Of a DNA stretch of 64,000 nucleotides, positions 13,061 through 24,896 are shown in pieces. Made by a program: the position numbers and the translations under genes. Source of the DNA: Adineta vaga (Eukaryota; Animalia; Rotifera). Each line of letters opens with the position of its first letter. Position 1 is the stretch's first letter. The stretch lies in NCBI GenBank assembly GCA_021613535.1, contig CP075492.1, positions 14,880,001 to 14,944,000 of the forward strand. The letters are read 5' to 3'. The notes below the pieces were generated by a model that was not told the origin of the DNA, searched no databases, and worked only from the letters and a program-made list of their open reading frames with translations.

Positions 13061-13364
13061 AGAAGTAAAATAAAAATCTGAAATGGAGTAATTTTTCAAA
13101 TGCAGTTGTCTTAATATTTCTCTTAATACTCTCTCAAAGACTTTCGTGAGTATCAAAAATAATAGATTCGTCTGTGTCCGTTTTGTTATCGGTTAAAAAT
13201 CGAGAAGTTCAAACTTGAGCCATCTTGAATGAAGAAAAATCATGCAAACAATTTGTGCCAGAATTTTTCTTTACTTCATTGTTATTAGATTTGTTTTGTA
13301 TATACATCATTTCTTCTTTCCTCTACTTGCATTTCAATCTTGTCATAGCTCATTAGTTACGCGA

Positions 13365-13374
13365 CGAATTCCCC
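13365..13374 (-). promoter_or_regulatory. NF-kB-like site GGGGAATTCG upstream of the CVNH gene
   Basis: CGAATTCCCC ~40 bp upstream of a (TA)n TATA-like tract and ~95 bp upstream of the ATG; 9/10 match to GGGRNWYYCC. Confidence 0.35.
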
Positions 13375-13468
13375 GTGACGAATTGTTTAGTTGCCCTCGA
13401 AAATTTTGCGCATATATATATATATATATTTAGATTAGAAAGAGAATATAATTTCTAAATTAAGACAA

Positions 13469-13891
13469 ATGGTTAAAATCTTCGTTTGCTTTCTGTTGAT
13501 TGCAACTATTGTGCTGATGAAAGTAAGAGATTTCTTTTTGCGTAATATCTCTTTTTAAATTATCTCTTTATTTTCTCAGCCTGCTGCTGCTGCGCAAGGT
13601 CTTTGGTATAAAGGTAGCTGTTTACCCGAATCAAATTCTGACGGACGACACATCACAGCTTGGTGTAAAACAATAGATGGACAAAAACGTCTTCTGGCTC
13701 GTATAGATACAAATCGCTGTTTTGCATACAGCAAAGGGAAGTTGGTGTGTCGAAGAAATGGTAACTACGCAGCATCCTGTAGGAATATTAAACGTCAAAA
13801 TGATTTTATGCTTGCTACTTGTCGAGGAAAGCGTTTGTCCATAAGTACCAATCTATGTATTGGAAATGCAAATGGACGTTTGACGTGTTAA
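13469..13891 (+). CDS. Secreted cyanovirin-N homology (CVNH) lectin-like protein, 121 aa, 2 exons (13469-13522, 13580-13891)
   Basis: Signal peptide MVKIFVCFLLIATIVLMKPAAA; two internal repeats, SC..ITAWC..IDTNRCFAYSKGKLVC and NYAASCRNI..MLATC..ISTNLCIGNANGRLTC; phase-0 GT-AG intron; AATAAA at ~14021. Confidence 0.85.
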
Positions 13892-14863
13892 AGATGAGAG
13901 GAGTTTCTTATCCAGTTGTTTCGATGTGGAAGTATTTGAAAGTTAGACTCAATGCTTCGAAAGTGAGATCATCTGTCTGTTTTTGTAATTTACTGTGAAA
14001 TTAATGTAGATTTTTCTTCAAATAAAATCAAAATTTCTGTGGGATTAACTGCAATAACTTGTAGTCTATGGAGAAGTTCAACTGATGGGTACGGGGTGGG
14101 CTGTTTACAGATGAATTTCAGTTCCTTGTAAAAGAATATTTAAAAGGTTTCACCAATTCCATGTTAATGTTGATTATTGATGAATAGGATTCAATAAATG
14201 CAAAATAATGTGAGGGAAATTATACAAAATAAACAATCGAAAAACAGACCAATCTCTTTATCTTCAAGAAACACATGCGAAAAAAGTAACTTATAATGTT
14301 TTATTCCGTGTTGAATACTTCTATTTAATACTTGACATTGTATATTTATTGTGATAGAATAGAGTAAAATTTGAAATAAAATAAAGTGACATTACATGTG
14401 AGTTATATTTAGAGTATAACAATTATACTACACATACAGTTACGTTCGATAGAATGCAGTTCTAATGAAGCGACGAGTATCACTCACAACAGTTGTTGAG
14501 ATAATTTTGTTGGCAAAGAGAATTTCTCTGTACAATTCAGTATTTTGTTTTTAATAGTTTGACAACGACTATAACTTTGTTAGTAGTTTATAAAATATTC
14601 TTTGATAGTAAAACATCCAGAATTATAATTAGTAATATTAATCTAAAGCTACTCCTGTAATCGAACAATAAATGAATTCATATCTTATGTTAGAGTCACA
14701 CTTTCGCTTGTATAACTGTGCCATAGCGCTATAGGGATAGATATCACTTATATTTTTCTCAACTAAACAATGCTTGTCTTATTTCCATATATGATAATGA
14801 AATAACCAATAACATCGTTAGAAACTGTTGTTTTAGTTAACGAATAAATAAATAGTCTTCTAT

Positions 14864-15210
14864 TCAAATGTGTTCATTGGTAATGAATGCATACATACCA
14901 GATGAAAATCTCGATTGAGATCTAACAAACATATTATCAATGTTGTTATTATTTAACAGAACACTATTTTCTTTTAATAAATCAGTAAATAATTGGCATT
15001 GTAAAGTTGATCGATGAAAACTTGCTGCTTTACATTGATTTTGTCGTAAACATACTGTTTGGCACGCATGAGCATTTGATTTAGTTGTATTACTGTATTC
15101 AAATTGATAATTATATAGAAGAGACATTTAAAATAAATTGATATCTAGTAAAATTGATTCTTCAATGAAGATCGTATAATAAATAGTAGAATAATAGTGT
15201 TTTTACTCAT
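14864..15210 (-). pseudogene. PAN/Apple-domain gene remnant
   Basis: ACQTVCLRQNQCKAASFHRSTLQCQLF is the Apple Cys pattern; in-frame TAG after the hydrophobic leader and an internal deletion. Confidence 0.55.
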
Positions 15211-15979
15211 ATTTCAACAAAGTTGTTAGTCAGAAATTACAATGTAATATATTAACATTTAACTATTATTATTTATATCAATCCATTGATCCCTTTATTT
15301 CTCTTTAAAAATCAATTGGATCATATCATAAAACGTATGGATGATCGATTCTGATTTTGATAGTAAACAAATGAACCTGCCGAATGTTCAATGTGACCTT
15401 TCTGAGTAGTCGTTTGATGATATAGGTCACAACTTGGAAATGATTGATTTTCTCTGATATTTCCAACGAGTTTACGAGAACATAAAAAAAGCTCTCTTTC
15501 TATTTCCTTTACAAGTCAATGATTATATATTAACTTAAGTGAATAAAGAGCAGTTATTTTCGGAGGAACAACTCGTGCTTATCTGTCATTTCTTCTACTC
15601 TACTCGATCGAAAAATATGATCAAGAAGATCGTTCTTTTGTAACAGTTATTGCAAACGAAAATGTCATGACAGGGAAAAGACAGTCCATCTTGAGGATGT
15701 AGATGTGGCGTGTACGAAGAAAATTGACGGTGGATAGTATCTGTATTACTTATCGTTATTAGTAGCCTCTCTTGATTAACAAAAAAAACATCTTTTAATA
15801 TACATCAATATTTAGTTTATTTGTTTGTAAGACAAGATAAGCAATGCACTAAATGACAATGCGTAATACATAACAAATAGAAGAGAAGTAATCGAACAAT
15901 ATTTATATTAGAAATAAAAAGAATGAAAAAAGAAAAAAGAGTCATTTTGATTGAATTTTCTAAGTGCCATGTGGATCAT

Positions 15980-16261
<282 letters not shown>

Positions 16262-16434
16262 TCAAATGAGAAAATGTCGTGTATATATACTGTTGGTTCG
16301 TAGATGATGATTCAGACTGTAATAATGGAGAAAATGCGAGATATAGATGACGACACCACGTACGAATGGAAAGGAGAAAAACAGTAAACGGAAAAAACCC
16401 AGTGTAAAGGTAGTCGAGCAGTATTTGTCATCTA

Positions 16435-16447
16435 TTCGCGAATGTTC
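16435..16447. promoter_or_regulatory. Heat-shock element upstream of ubiquitin
   Basis: TTCgcGAAtgTTC is a perfect three-unit nGAAn array, ~150 bp upstream of a TATA-like GTATATATAC (16281-16290). Confidence 0.65.
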
Positions 16448-17381
16448 TCAAGTATGTATTTACACTGATACAGTGCACGTGTCTTTTTACAAAATTATTT
16501 CGAATAGAAGATCGTACTTTCAAATAGATAATGAATGAATTTTAGAAAAGACAGAACATGTGATTATTCTTTATACAAGAGGACAGAAAAGATATTTTTG
16601 ATCGGTTACGTTTTTGCTGAACTGAATTATATTAAGCTATATTGGACATATAAGTTTCTATCAAATAATAGATTGCCCTATAAACATAATCTCTCTGTTT
16701 TATTGTAAGAATGAATGAAAAGGGAAATGTGTTGTATCAATAAATGTTTCCAAATGAGTAGAATTGAAGAGAATAGTCGATCGTTATCATTTGTAAGTAC
16801 TGAACTTGCAATACATACTTGTATTTTCTTCTGTAATGAGACTGCAGGTGTGAATGTGAAGCCTAACTTTTTCATCGCCGGAACCCCTACTGTTTTTTAA
16901 GCATATGGTGTTTCCTGAACATTAGCTGTATATAACAGAAGTTTTGAAAGCAGGAACGTAAGTAGTTTTAAGATATATACATTTCTAATAGAATATCCAA
17001 CATAGGCTTAAGACTTGAAGATTACACAATATCTTGACATATACATATGCACGTGGAGTCGTATCAGCTAACATTTGTGTTGAAACACAACGAGCGATTA
17101 TTAGCATCAGAAAGGTACCAAGCAATTACAAAATTTAGAGAGAGAAGACTCATTTTCGAACCATACTAAAGAACAAAGTTAGAAAGAAAGATTTCGATCA
17201 AACAAATCACTTATTTCAATTAATACAACTATTAATAAAAGCATTTCAAATAAATAGACTTGTTTTTTTTTATTAAATAATCGATCTATTGCTGATTAGA
17301 CAAATCCTAATGCTACTTCCAATAAAAAACAAGTTCATAGACTATCTTTTACATTTGAGCAAAGCTTATATAGTCGATCAT

Positions 17382-18597
17382 CTATTGTTGAATCTTGTGT
17401 TGTTGTTCATATGTTGGATAATCAGTATAACCTACTTCATTACCTCCATAGAATCCTTTTAAATTAAAATTAGTATTCACTTCTTGATTATTAATTAAAC
17501 GTTGTGCTAAATCAGGATTTGCAAGATAAAATCTGCCAAAAACGATTGCATCTGCTAAACCATCTTTAAGTGCTTGTGCACCTTGTTCATAATCATATTC
17601 TGTGTTAACAAATAATTTTGTATGTTCACCATTGATCAATTTTTTCCATTGAAATATATCAACAGGAGTTCCACGTTTTACCGGATCCCCTAATGCCCAA
17701 TAACGTGCTAATTGTATGTAAGTAATACGTCTGGCATTGAGCTCTTTAATTAAGTATCCATAGGTTTCAACAGTATCTTTTTCTGTCATGCCCATATCAT
17801 TATAACCACCACCTGGTGTTAATTTAATACCAACACGATCATTTCCATAAACATTGGAAATCTCATCGATAATCCGTAGTGAAAATCGACATCGATTTTC
17901 AACTGATCCACCCCATTGATCTGTTCGTTGATTCGATGTATTATCAATGAATTGATGTGGTAAATATCCATTGGCACTATAAAAGTTAAAAAGAAACAAT
18001 TTCTAATAATGGCGACAAGAAAAAATTATATAATACTTGTGTAATTCAACGCCATCAAACCCGGCTTCCTTCGCTCGTTCGGCAGCTCGTTTATATAAAG
18101 CAATATAATGTTCTGGATCATCAATGGCGACGGGTTCCACATAACCAGGTTTGCCAGGCAATTGTCGAAATTTTCCACCTTTAGCTGCTATAGCTGATGG
18201 TGCAACATTTGGTCGACCATCTTGCAAAAGTGGATGAGCAACGCGTCCAATATGCCACAATTGAAGAAATATCAAACCATTGTGAGCATGAACACTATCG
18301 ACAACTTTCTTCCAACCAGCAACTTGTTCATCGGAATAAATACCAGCTAAATATGCGTCAGATAAATAAAATAAATGAAAAGAAAACAATAATACTAACG
18401 TGCTTCACTCCATTCTGAGCCGAGAGGTTCGATAAATTGCCTTCTGTAAGAATAAGACCAGCACCAGCTCGTTGTGTATAATATTCGACTTGAAGTGGAC
18501 CAGGTACAAGATTTCGATCACGTGTTAATGATGCCATAACGACACGATTTTTGAGAACTAATGGTCCAAGTTTGAGTGGTGTTGCAAATGTCGTCAT
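17382..18597 (-). CDS. Old Yellow Enzyme / NADH:flavin oxidoreductase, copy 1 (3 exons; 1-bp frameshift near 18437)
   Basis: LKNRVVMASLTR, YYTQRA, FLQLWHIGR, AGFDGVELHNANGYL (across intron 2), RTDQWGGSVENR, FGRFYLANPDL, GYTDYP. Confidence 0.9.
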
Positions 18598-18682
18598 GTT
18601 GTAGTATGTGAAATGAAATGATGGTGTGTGTTTTTCTCCTTTACTTATTTATACTGATTATATCCTTTTTTTCTCGTTCTGC

Positions 18683-18713
18683 GCATTGTCATTGCTTATT
18701 TTTTGCTTCGTCA
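18683..18713 (-). promoter_or_regulatory. Two antioxidant-response-element-like sites (TGACnnnGC) upstream of OYE copy 1
   Basis: aTGACaatGC (18683-18691) and aTGACgaaGCa (18705-18713); the second is conserved upstream of copy 2 (22326-22334). Confidence 0.45.
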
Positions 18714-18897
18714 TCGTGTCAAGTGCATCGAGGTCAGCAAACATGATCGGTATACCATACAAACAGATTAAAAGAAGGAATTCGTTTTTCTTTTTTCTTT
18801 TTTCTTTTCTCTCATCCAAACATATGCTTATGACAGTGTCTTCAGGTGTTTTATTCGAGTAAGAAAAGAAAACATGAGAAAAGCTGATATAAATGGA

Positions 18898-20274
18898 CTA
18901 GTAAATAGTATGAAGAAGTTCAACAAAATTATTGTATCTTTTATCGGCTTTTCCATCGGGAAGAGCATGTTCAATAATACCTGCAAAATCTGATTGAGGC
19001 ACTTTATATTCACGTAATGTACTTGTTAAATCTAAATCCGAAAGAAGTTCTTTAATGGCTTCAGCAACTTTTATTGCTTGTTCACGTGTATCATCGATAG
19101 ATAAGGATGAATTTGAGGAAATAAAAGGTAAAAGTGAAGCAAGTTGTTTGACTTCTTGATCTGGTAAATGTTTAGCTTGAACGACTACTGTACGAGCTAA
19201 AGTCAAACATGAACAAATACCATGGGGAATAGAATATCTACATAAAATTTAAAAAAAAAACTCTAATGATTTTTACATAGGCTATACTTACGGTGATCCA
19301 AGTTGATAACCAATGGAATGTGAAGGTCCAAGAGGACCTAAACGATCATCCGACCAAAGACTTAACCAAGCACCAATAAGTGCTCGCTGTCGAGCTTCCA
19401 CATCTGTAGCATTTTTGTAACATGCTCGTAAGGATTCAAATAATGTACCAGCTGCTTCTCGAGCTAAAGCTCGAACAGGAAGTGGTGCATTGGGTCGATA
19501 CTGTTGTTCAACACAATGATCCAACGCTCGTATACCAGCTAAAAATAGAATTTACCATATTGAAAATCGAAATAAATTATTTGTTTTACTTGAAAGCCAT
19601 AAGCGATTTGGTGTACTTAAAGATAAATTGGCATCAAGAATTATAGCTGATGAACCAGTTTCACTAGATTTCTTCGCTATCTTCTTTCCTTCTTCATCTA
19701 AAGATGAAAATAGAATTTTTTTTTGAATATCTAATCAAAATGAAATCGTACATATGACTTACTAGTATAACCAGCACCTATCGTCATTTCTGCAGCAGAT
19801 AATGTCGTTGGAATACTGATTAATTTCAATAGGATACCTGTTTGTTCTTTATAAAAATGAATGACTAGTTTGGCAGCATCAATTGGTGAACCGCCACCAA
19901 CAGCAAGAATACCATCACTCTCAGTTTGTTTCAATTGTTCTATTGCCTGTTTAGTATCGTCAATAGGTGCATGTTGCTTAATCGATGAAAAAACAGCTGT
20001 TATTGAACATCCAGCAGCTTTCTTCACCTGTTCGATCACATCTGTTTTTGTTGCTAATGAATTACCAGTGATGATAAAGGCCTTTGAGATAGAAAAGTCA
20101 CGGAGTACATCTGCTAATTTCGAAAGTGAACCAACACCATATTCTACTCTTCCTTAAAATAAATTGATGTGTAATGATTTCAAACGGATCTACATTTAAC
20201 TTACGTAGAATAGTCGGTTCATAAGTTCCTGAAGTTGATGTTTGTAAAACCGATGGTATAATAGACGATGACAT
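18898..20274 (-). CDS. Iron-containing alcohol dehydrogenase (maleylacetate-reductase-like), multi-exon
   Basis: NAD-binding GGGSPIDAAK, IPTTLSAAE, candidate metal ligands DHCVE / SH / IPHG; ATG at 20274; short GT-AG introns link the ORF pieces. Confidence 0.9.
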
Positions 20275-20786
20275 ATCTATTAAAAAAAAGTACACGAAAG
20301 TGTATACGTAGTGAAACGAAAAGTCGTGTACGTGTGTTAAACGAAAAGAATGAAGAAAAGATAAACACTCGACTTTAAATATGATGCAGAACGCGCAAGA
20401 AAAAGAGATAAATGATACTATAGAATTGGAGAAGTCAGGATGTGGGTAGGAGTGTGATCTTCGCCTTTCATTTCCACCCACACCCACCCACCCTGCGGTC
20501 ATATTCGAACAAATTTTCGCTGCTTTTCGGTTCTCTTTTCCTTGAACATCCTCCTGTAACATTAATTTGCTTTAAAGAAGATAAAATGGATCTTGAGCCT
20601 GAGCACAAATGCCATATATATATACTTACTTTCATACTTGTCGTTGTCTATCATCTTTTCTTCACCTTTTTTCATGGTGAAAGTGTATTACTCAATCACA
20701 CTTGTCAATCTAATCACATATACGCACCGACTGATGTAATGTCTGCATCAATCTGTTGCAAGTATTACAAACAAAAAATACTGAAA

Positions 20787-20858
20787 TGTCTCAGCCAAGA
20801 ATCGAACTTGGGTTACACGAACTTCAGTCGTGTGTCCTCACCATTAGACCACTGAGAC
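20787..20858 (-). tRNA. tRNA with anticodon GAA (Phe) on an atypical body, copy 1
   Basis: GTCTCAG/CTGAGAC acceptor stem, D-loop GG, CACGA-CTGAAGT-TCGTG anticodon arm, CCAAG-TTCGATT-CTTGG T arm, discriminator A, downstream T6 Pol III terminator. Confidence 0.85.
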
Positions 20859-20992
20859 ATGCATATTTTAGAACTATAAGGTAGGTTTACTTTTCTATTA
20901 AGTTCTTTTTTATTATATAATCTATCTTCTATATTGAGAACAAGTTCATACAATGTCTTTCATTTTTGAATGATATTCATACGGTAGATCAT

Positions 20993-22215
20993 CTATTGTT
21001 GAATCTTGTGTTGTTGTTGTTGCTCGTATGTTGGATAATCAGTATATCCTACTTCAGTACCTCCATAAAATGTTTTTGGATTGAAATTAGTATTCACTTC
21101 TTGATTATTAATTAAACGTTGTGCTAAATCAGGATTTGCAATATACAATCGTCCGAATACAATTGCATCTGCTAAACCATCTTTCAATACTTTTGTACCA
21201 TCTTCAGCATTAAATTCGGCATTAGCAAAGAATTTCGTATATTCACCATTAATCAACTTTCTCCAACGAAATATATCAACAGCAGTTCCACGTTTAGCTG
21301 GATCTCGAGCTGGCCAATAACGTGTTATTTGTACGTAAGCTATACGTCGATTAGTAAGTTCTTTAATTAGATAATCGAAAGTTTCCAGAGTATCTTTTTC
21401 CGTCATGCCCATATCATTATAACCGCCGCTTGGGGATAGTTTAATACCAACACGATCATTTCCAAACACACCACAAATTTCATCAATCACACGTAATGGA
21501 AATCGACATCGATTTTCTGCTGATCCACCCCATTGATCGGTTCGTTGATTCGATGTATTATCAATGAATTGATGTGATAAATAACCATTTGCACTGTATA
21601 TTTAAAGATAAATGCTTTGTAATAAAACTGCCAAGAAAAAGAAATATCTTATACCTGTGAAAATCAACACCATCAAACCCGGCTTCCTTCGCTCGTTCGG
21701 CAGCTCGTTTATATAAAGCAATATAATGTTCTGGATCATCAATGGCGACGGGTTCCACATAACCAGGTTTGCCAGGCAATTGTCGAAATTTTCCACCTTT
21801 AGCTGCTATAGCTGATGGTGCAACATTCGTCGACCATCTTGCAAAAGTGGATGAGCAACGCGTCCAATATGCCACAATTGAAGAAATATCAAACCATTGT
21901 GAGCATGAACACTATCGACAACTTTCTTCCAACCAGAAACTTGTTCATCGGAATAAATACCAGCTAAATAGGCGTCAGATGAATAAAATAAATGAAAAGA
22001 AAACAATAATACTAACGTGCTTCACTCCATTCTGAACCGAGTGGTTCGATGAATGTGCCTTCTGTAAGAATAAGACCAGCACCAGCTCGTTGTGTATAGT
22101 ATTCGACTTGAAGTGGACCAGGTACAAGATTTCGATCACGTGTTAATGATGACATAATAACACGATTTTTGAGAACTAATGGTCCAAGTTTGAGTGGTGT
22201 TGCAAACGTCGTCAT
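20993..22215 (-). CDS. Old Yellow Enzyme / NADH:flavin oxidoreductase, copy 2 (3 exons; 1-bp frameshift near 21828)
   Basis: Same motifs and intron positions as copy 1; active-site region HSANGYL. Confidence 0.9.
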
Positions 22216-22923
22216 GTTGTAGTATGTGAAATGAAATGATGGTGTGTGTTTTTCTCCTCGCTTGTTTATACTAACCGTATCCACTTTTTTCTTTTCTCGT
22301 TCTGTGCATTGTCGTTAAATATTTTGCTTCGTCATTATATTAAGTGCATTAAGATCGACGAATATGGCCAATATACCATACGACCAGAAGAAAAGAATGA
22401 ACTTGTTTTTCTTTCTCATTTTTTTTCGTTCTGTCATCACAATCAGCTGTCTCATCCAAATATATCATATGTTGAAACGTTAATACAACAAATAAATCTG
22501 CTTTGATTGAGATTGTAATTCATCTATAACTATTGTTACACAGAGATGAAAGCTATGGACTTAATTTATCAGAATTAATCAGGTGAAGAATAGTATATAT
22601 GAATTTATACATACAATTAGACTATAGGCGGAAAAAATAGAGAAAAATACGTATAAAATAAAATTACTACAATAGGATTGTTGCCATCGTTGTTATTGAA
22701 TGAAATATATCTTGTTTCAGTTGATGTTCGTTTGAAAAGCTATTCCTTATACATATCTAAATGGTTCTCTTTCATTTCTTTCGTTTCTGTATGTCTCATT
22801 ATAAAACGAACTGCTCGTAACTAACTACTATTTCTCGCAATTTTGGAAACTATTTTAAGTGACAGGGAGAATAACAACAAAAAGTATGTATCACTCAACA
22901 GAAGCGTTTCCTTTTGTTTATTT

Positions 22924-23170
22924 ATGACTTCAAGAAAATTTGCTCTTCTTTTTAATTTTTCAACAATCCATTGAAGAAGATATACGATCATTTCATGTCA
23001 TTAAAGTTTTTTGTGAAATGACTTGTTTTAATCAACAGTAATACCAAATAATTAGTTTTCATCGTTCAATTTCTAAATGTGGATTGTTTGCTGATATGTC
23101 AAATCAAGCTCATCATCAACAACAACAACAACAACAACTTCTTCAACTACAACTAGCAACAAGTCAGTGG
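22924..23170 (+). pseudogene. Second, more decayed PAN/Apple-family remnant
   Basis: Fragments QQSIEEDIRSF and SFHRSISKCGLFAD resemble the 14864-15210 remnant; followed by a (CAA)n tract. Confidence 0.3.
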
Positions 23171-23576
23171 TTGTATTCGTAATCTATACCTATGAATATG
23201 CGTGTAGATATATATTAAACTTGAATCTTCTTTATCTCCAGAGTAAATTTCGTAACCTTATACATCTTCTGAACAAGATTTGAGAACTTCCGTAAAAACT
23301 CACAATAGATACAATTCGTTGCACAATTACCAGTATTTTATTGTAACTACGATGAACAACTGTAAAAAGAAATACCTTTGATGTACGTGAATGACATATA
23401 GCAACTTTATTAACAAAGGGAAAGGTATTAGATACAGATGGATATGATGGTGCTTATTTTAATTCTACTAAATTGTATGACTCATTTACACTTGTCAATC
23501 GAATGACTTCTATCCACAGACTGATGCAATGTCCGTATCAATCTATTGCAAGTATTACAAACAAAAAATGCTGAAA

Positions 23577-23648
23577 TGTCTCAGCCAAGAATCGAACTTG
23601 GATTACACGAACTTCAGTCGTGTGTCCTCACCATTAGACCACTGAGAC
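23577..23648 (-). tRNA. tRNA with anticodon GAA (Phe) on an atypical body, copy 2
   Basis: Differs from copy 1 at one position (variable loop TAAT vs TAAC); same downstream T-run terminator. Confidence 0.85.
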
Positions 23649-24036
23649 ATGCATAACTTAACAATAAGAAAGATCAACAATCTGTTACGAACAATGTCTA
23701 CAATGATTAATACGTCATGATGACACACTTTTATTTTTTTCTTCTCATCGAAGAAAAGAAAAGGTATGGCAACTCGTGAGACAACCATCTAGTCAGCTAT
23801 CATATAGAGAAAAAAATGCATTTCATAAGCGATTGAAATATGCACTTATGCACTTTGATGTGGAACTCATTTTTTAAGAGCTGAAATTTTACAGAAAATT
23901 CATTTATATAAAATAATTATTTGTTGTAATATTTACTTATTTGTTTGACTGAAAGTCAAAGTGTTTGACTGGCGACATCTAAATGTCGATACATCCATAG
24001 TGTTCAATTTTTTAATAGTTTTATCGCAATTGAAAA

Positions 24037-24367
24037 CAGAGATGGGCAAGTCATTTAGAAAAACCTTCTGTCACTTTTTCCAGATGAAGGGTATGATTTT
24101 GGTTCTCATTGGGTCAAGTCCAGCATCTTTCTAGCTGCAAATTGATATATTATGGTTAAGATGAGTGAAAATTGTTACAAGTTAATTCATGACTTATTAA
24201 AGATTTTACGGGAGTTTTCATGAAGAAAACCATTAACCATAATATATCATTTCGTAGCTAGAAAGATTCTAAACTTGATTAAATGAGAACTAAAATCATG
24301 CGCTCCATCTGGGAAAAGTAACAGAAGGTTTTTTCAGATAACTTAAAAGATGACATGCCCATTTCTG
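24037..24367. mobile_element. Old MITE with ~125-bp imperfect terminal inverted repeats and hAT-like ends
   Basis: CAGAGATGGGCA...TGCCCATTTCTG ends; arms pair as far as gatatattatggttaa / ttaaccataatatatc; target-site duplication not cleanly preserved. Confidence 0.75.
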
Positions 24368-24775
24368 ATTAGTATTCTAGAGAATATCATTATCTACTAG
24401 TTCTTGTTCTCAACCCATCACATCAACACCTCGTGTAACATCGAATTCTCAAAGATTATCAACACTCAAAACGAGTCATTGGTCGAAATTCAGAAAAGTT
24501 TATTCAGCTAAACAAGAAAACAAACCATTTGTATCAAGGTCCTTTCAATAGATTATATTCAAATCTTTAGGAATCAAGCTATTCATCGCGGATACATCAT
24601 TAATATCACGTGTACTATGTCATTGTACACACACGCCATCTGTCGAATGGAACTGGCTTTATATTGAAACTAAATATATAATTTGAAAAATGATATATTT
24701 CTAATAGTTGCTGTCATATTTTTTTCGCCGTCTTCTCTATTTGGAAATAGATGTCGCCACCCGTAGTGCATTCGT

Positions 24776-24848
24776 CAGTGATTGGCATTTCTAGTTCACT
24801 TTTTTCTCGACAGTGATCGGCATTTCTATTTCACTTTTTCTTCGTCAG
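24776..24848 (+). repeat. Tandem ~35-bp direct repeat (two copies plus a partial) upstream of the Cys-rich ORF
   Basis: cagtgattggcatttctagttcactttttt and cagtgatcggcatttctatttcacttttt. Confidence 0.7.
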
Positions 24849-24896
24849 ATAACGTACTAATCAATTTCTTTCAAGTGTCCAGGTCAAGCAACGAAG

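Noticed and set aside
16678-16960. Possible coding remnant upstream of ubiquitin
   Set aside because: Short, stop-interrupted and without a recognisable motif
20098-20855. 154-aa (-) and 137-aa (+) ORFs
   Set aside because: The first only extends ADH exon 1 upstream of its likely ATG (20274); the second runs antisense over the promoter and tRNA with no protein-like features
20787-20858. Reading the tRNA as a selenocysteine or suppressor tRNA
   Set aside because: The 5-bp stem and 7-nt loop place GAA at 34-36; there is no long variable arm or extended acceptor stem
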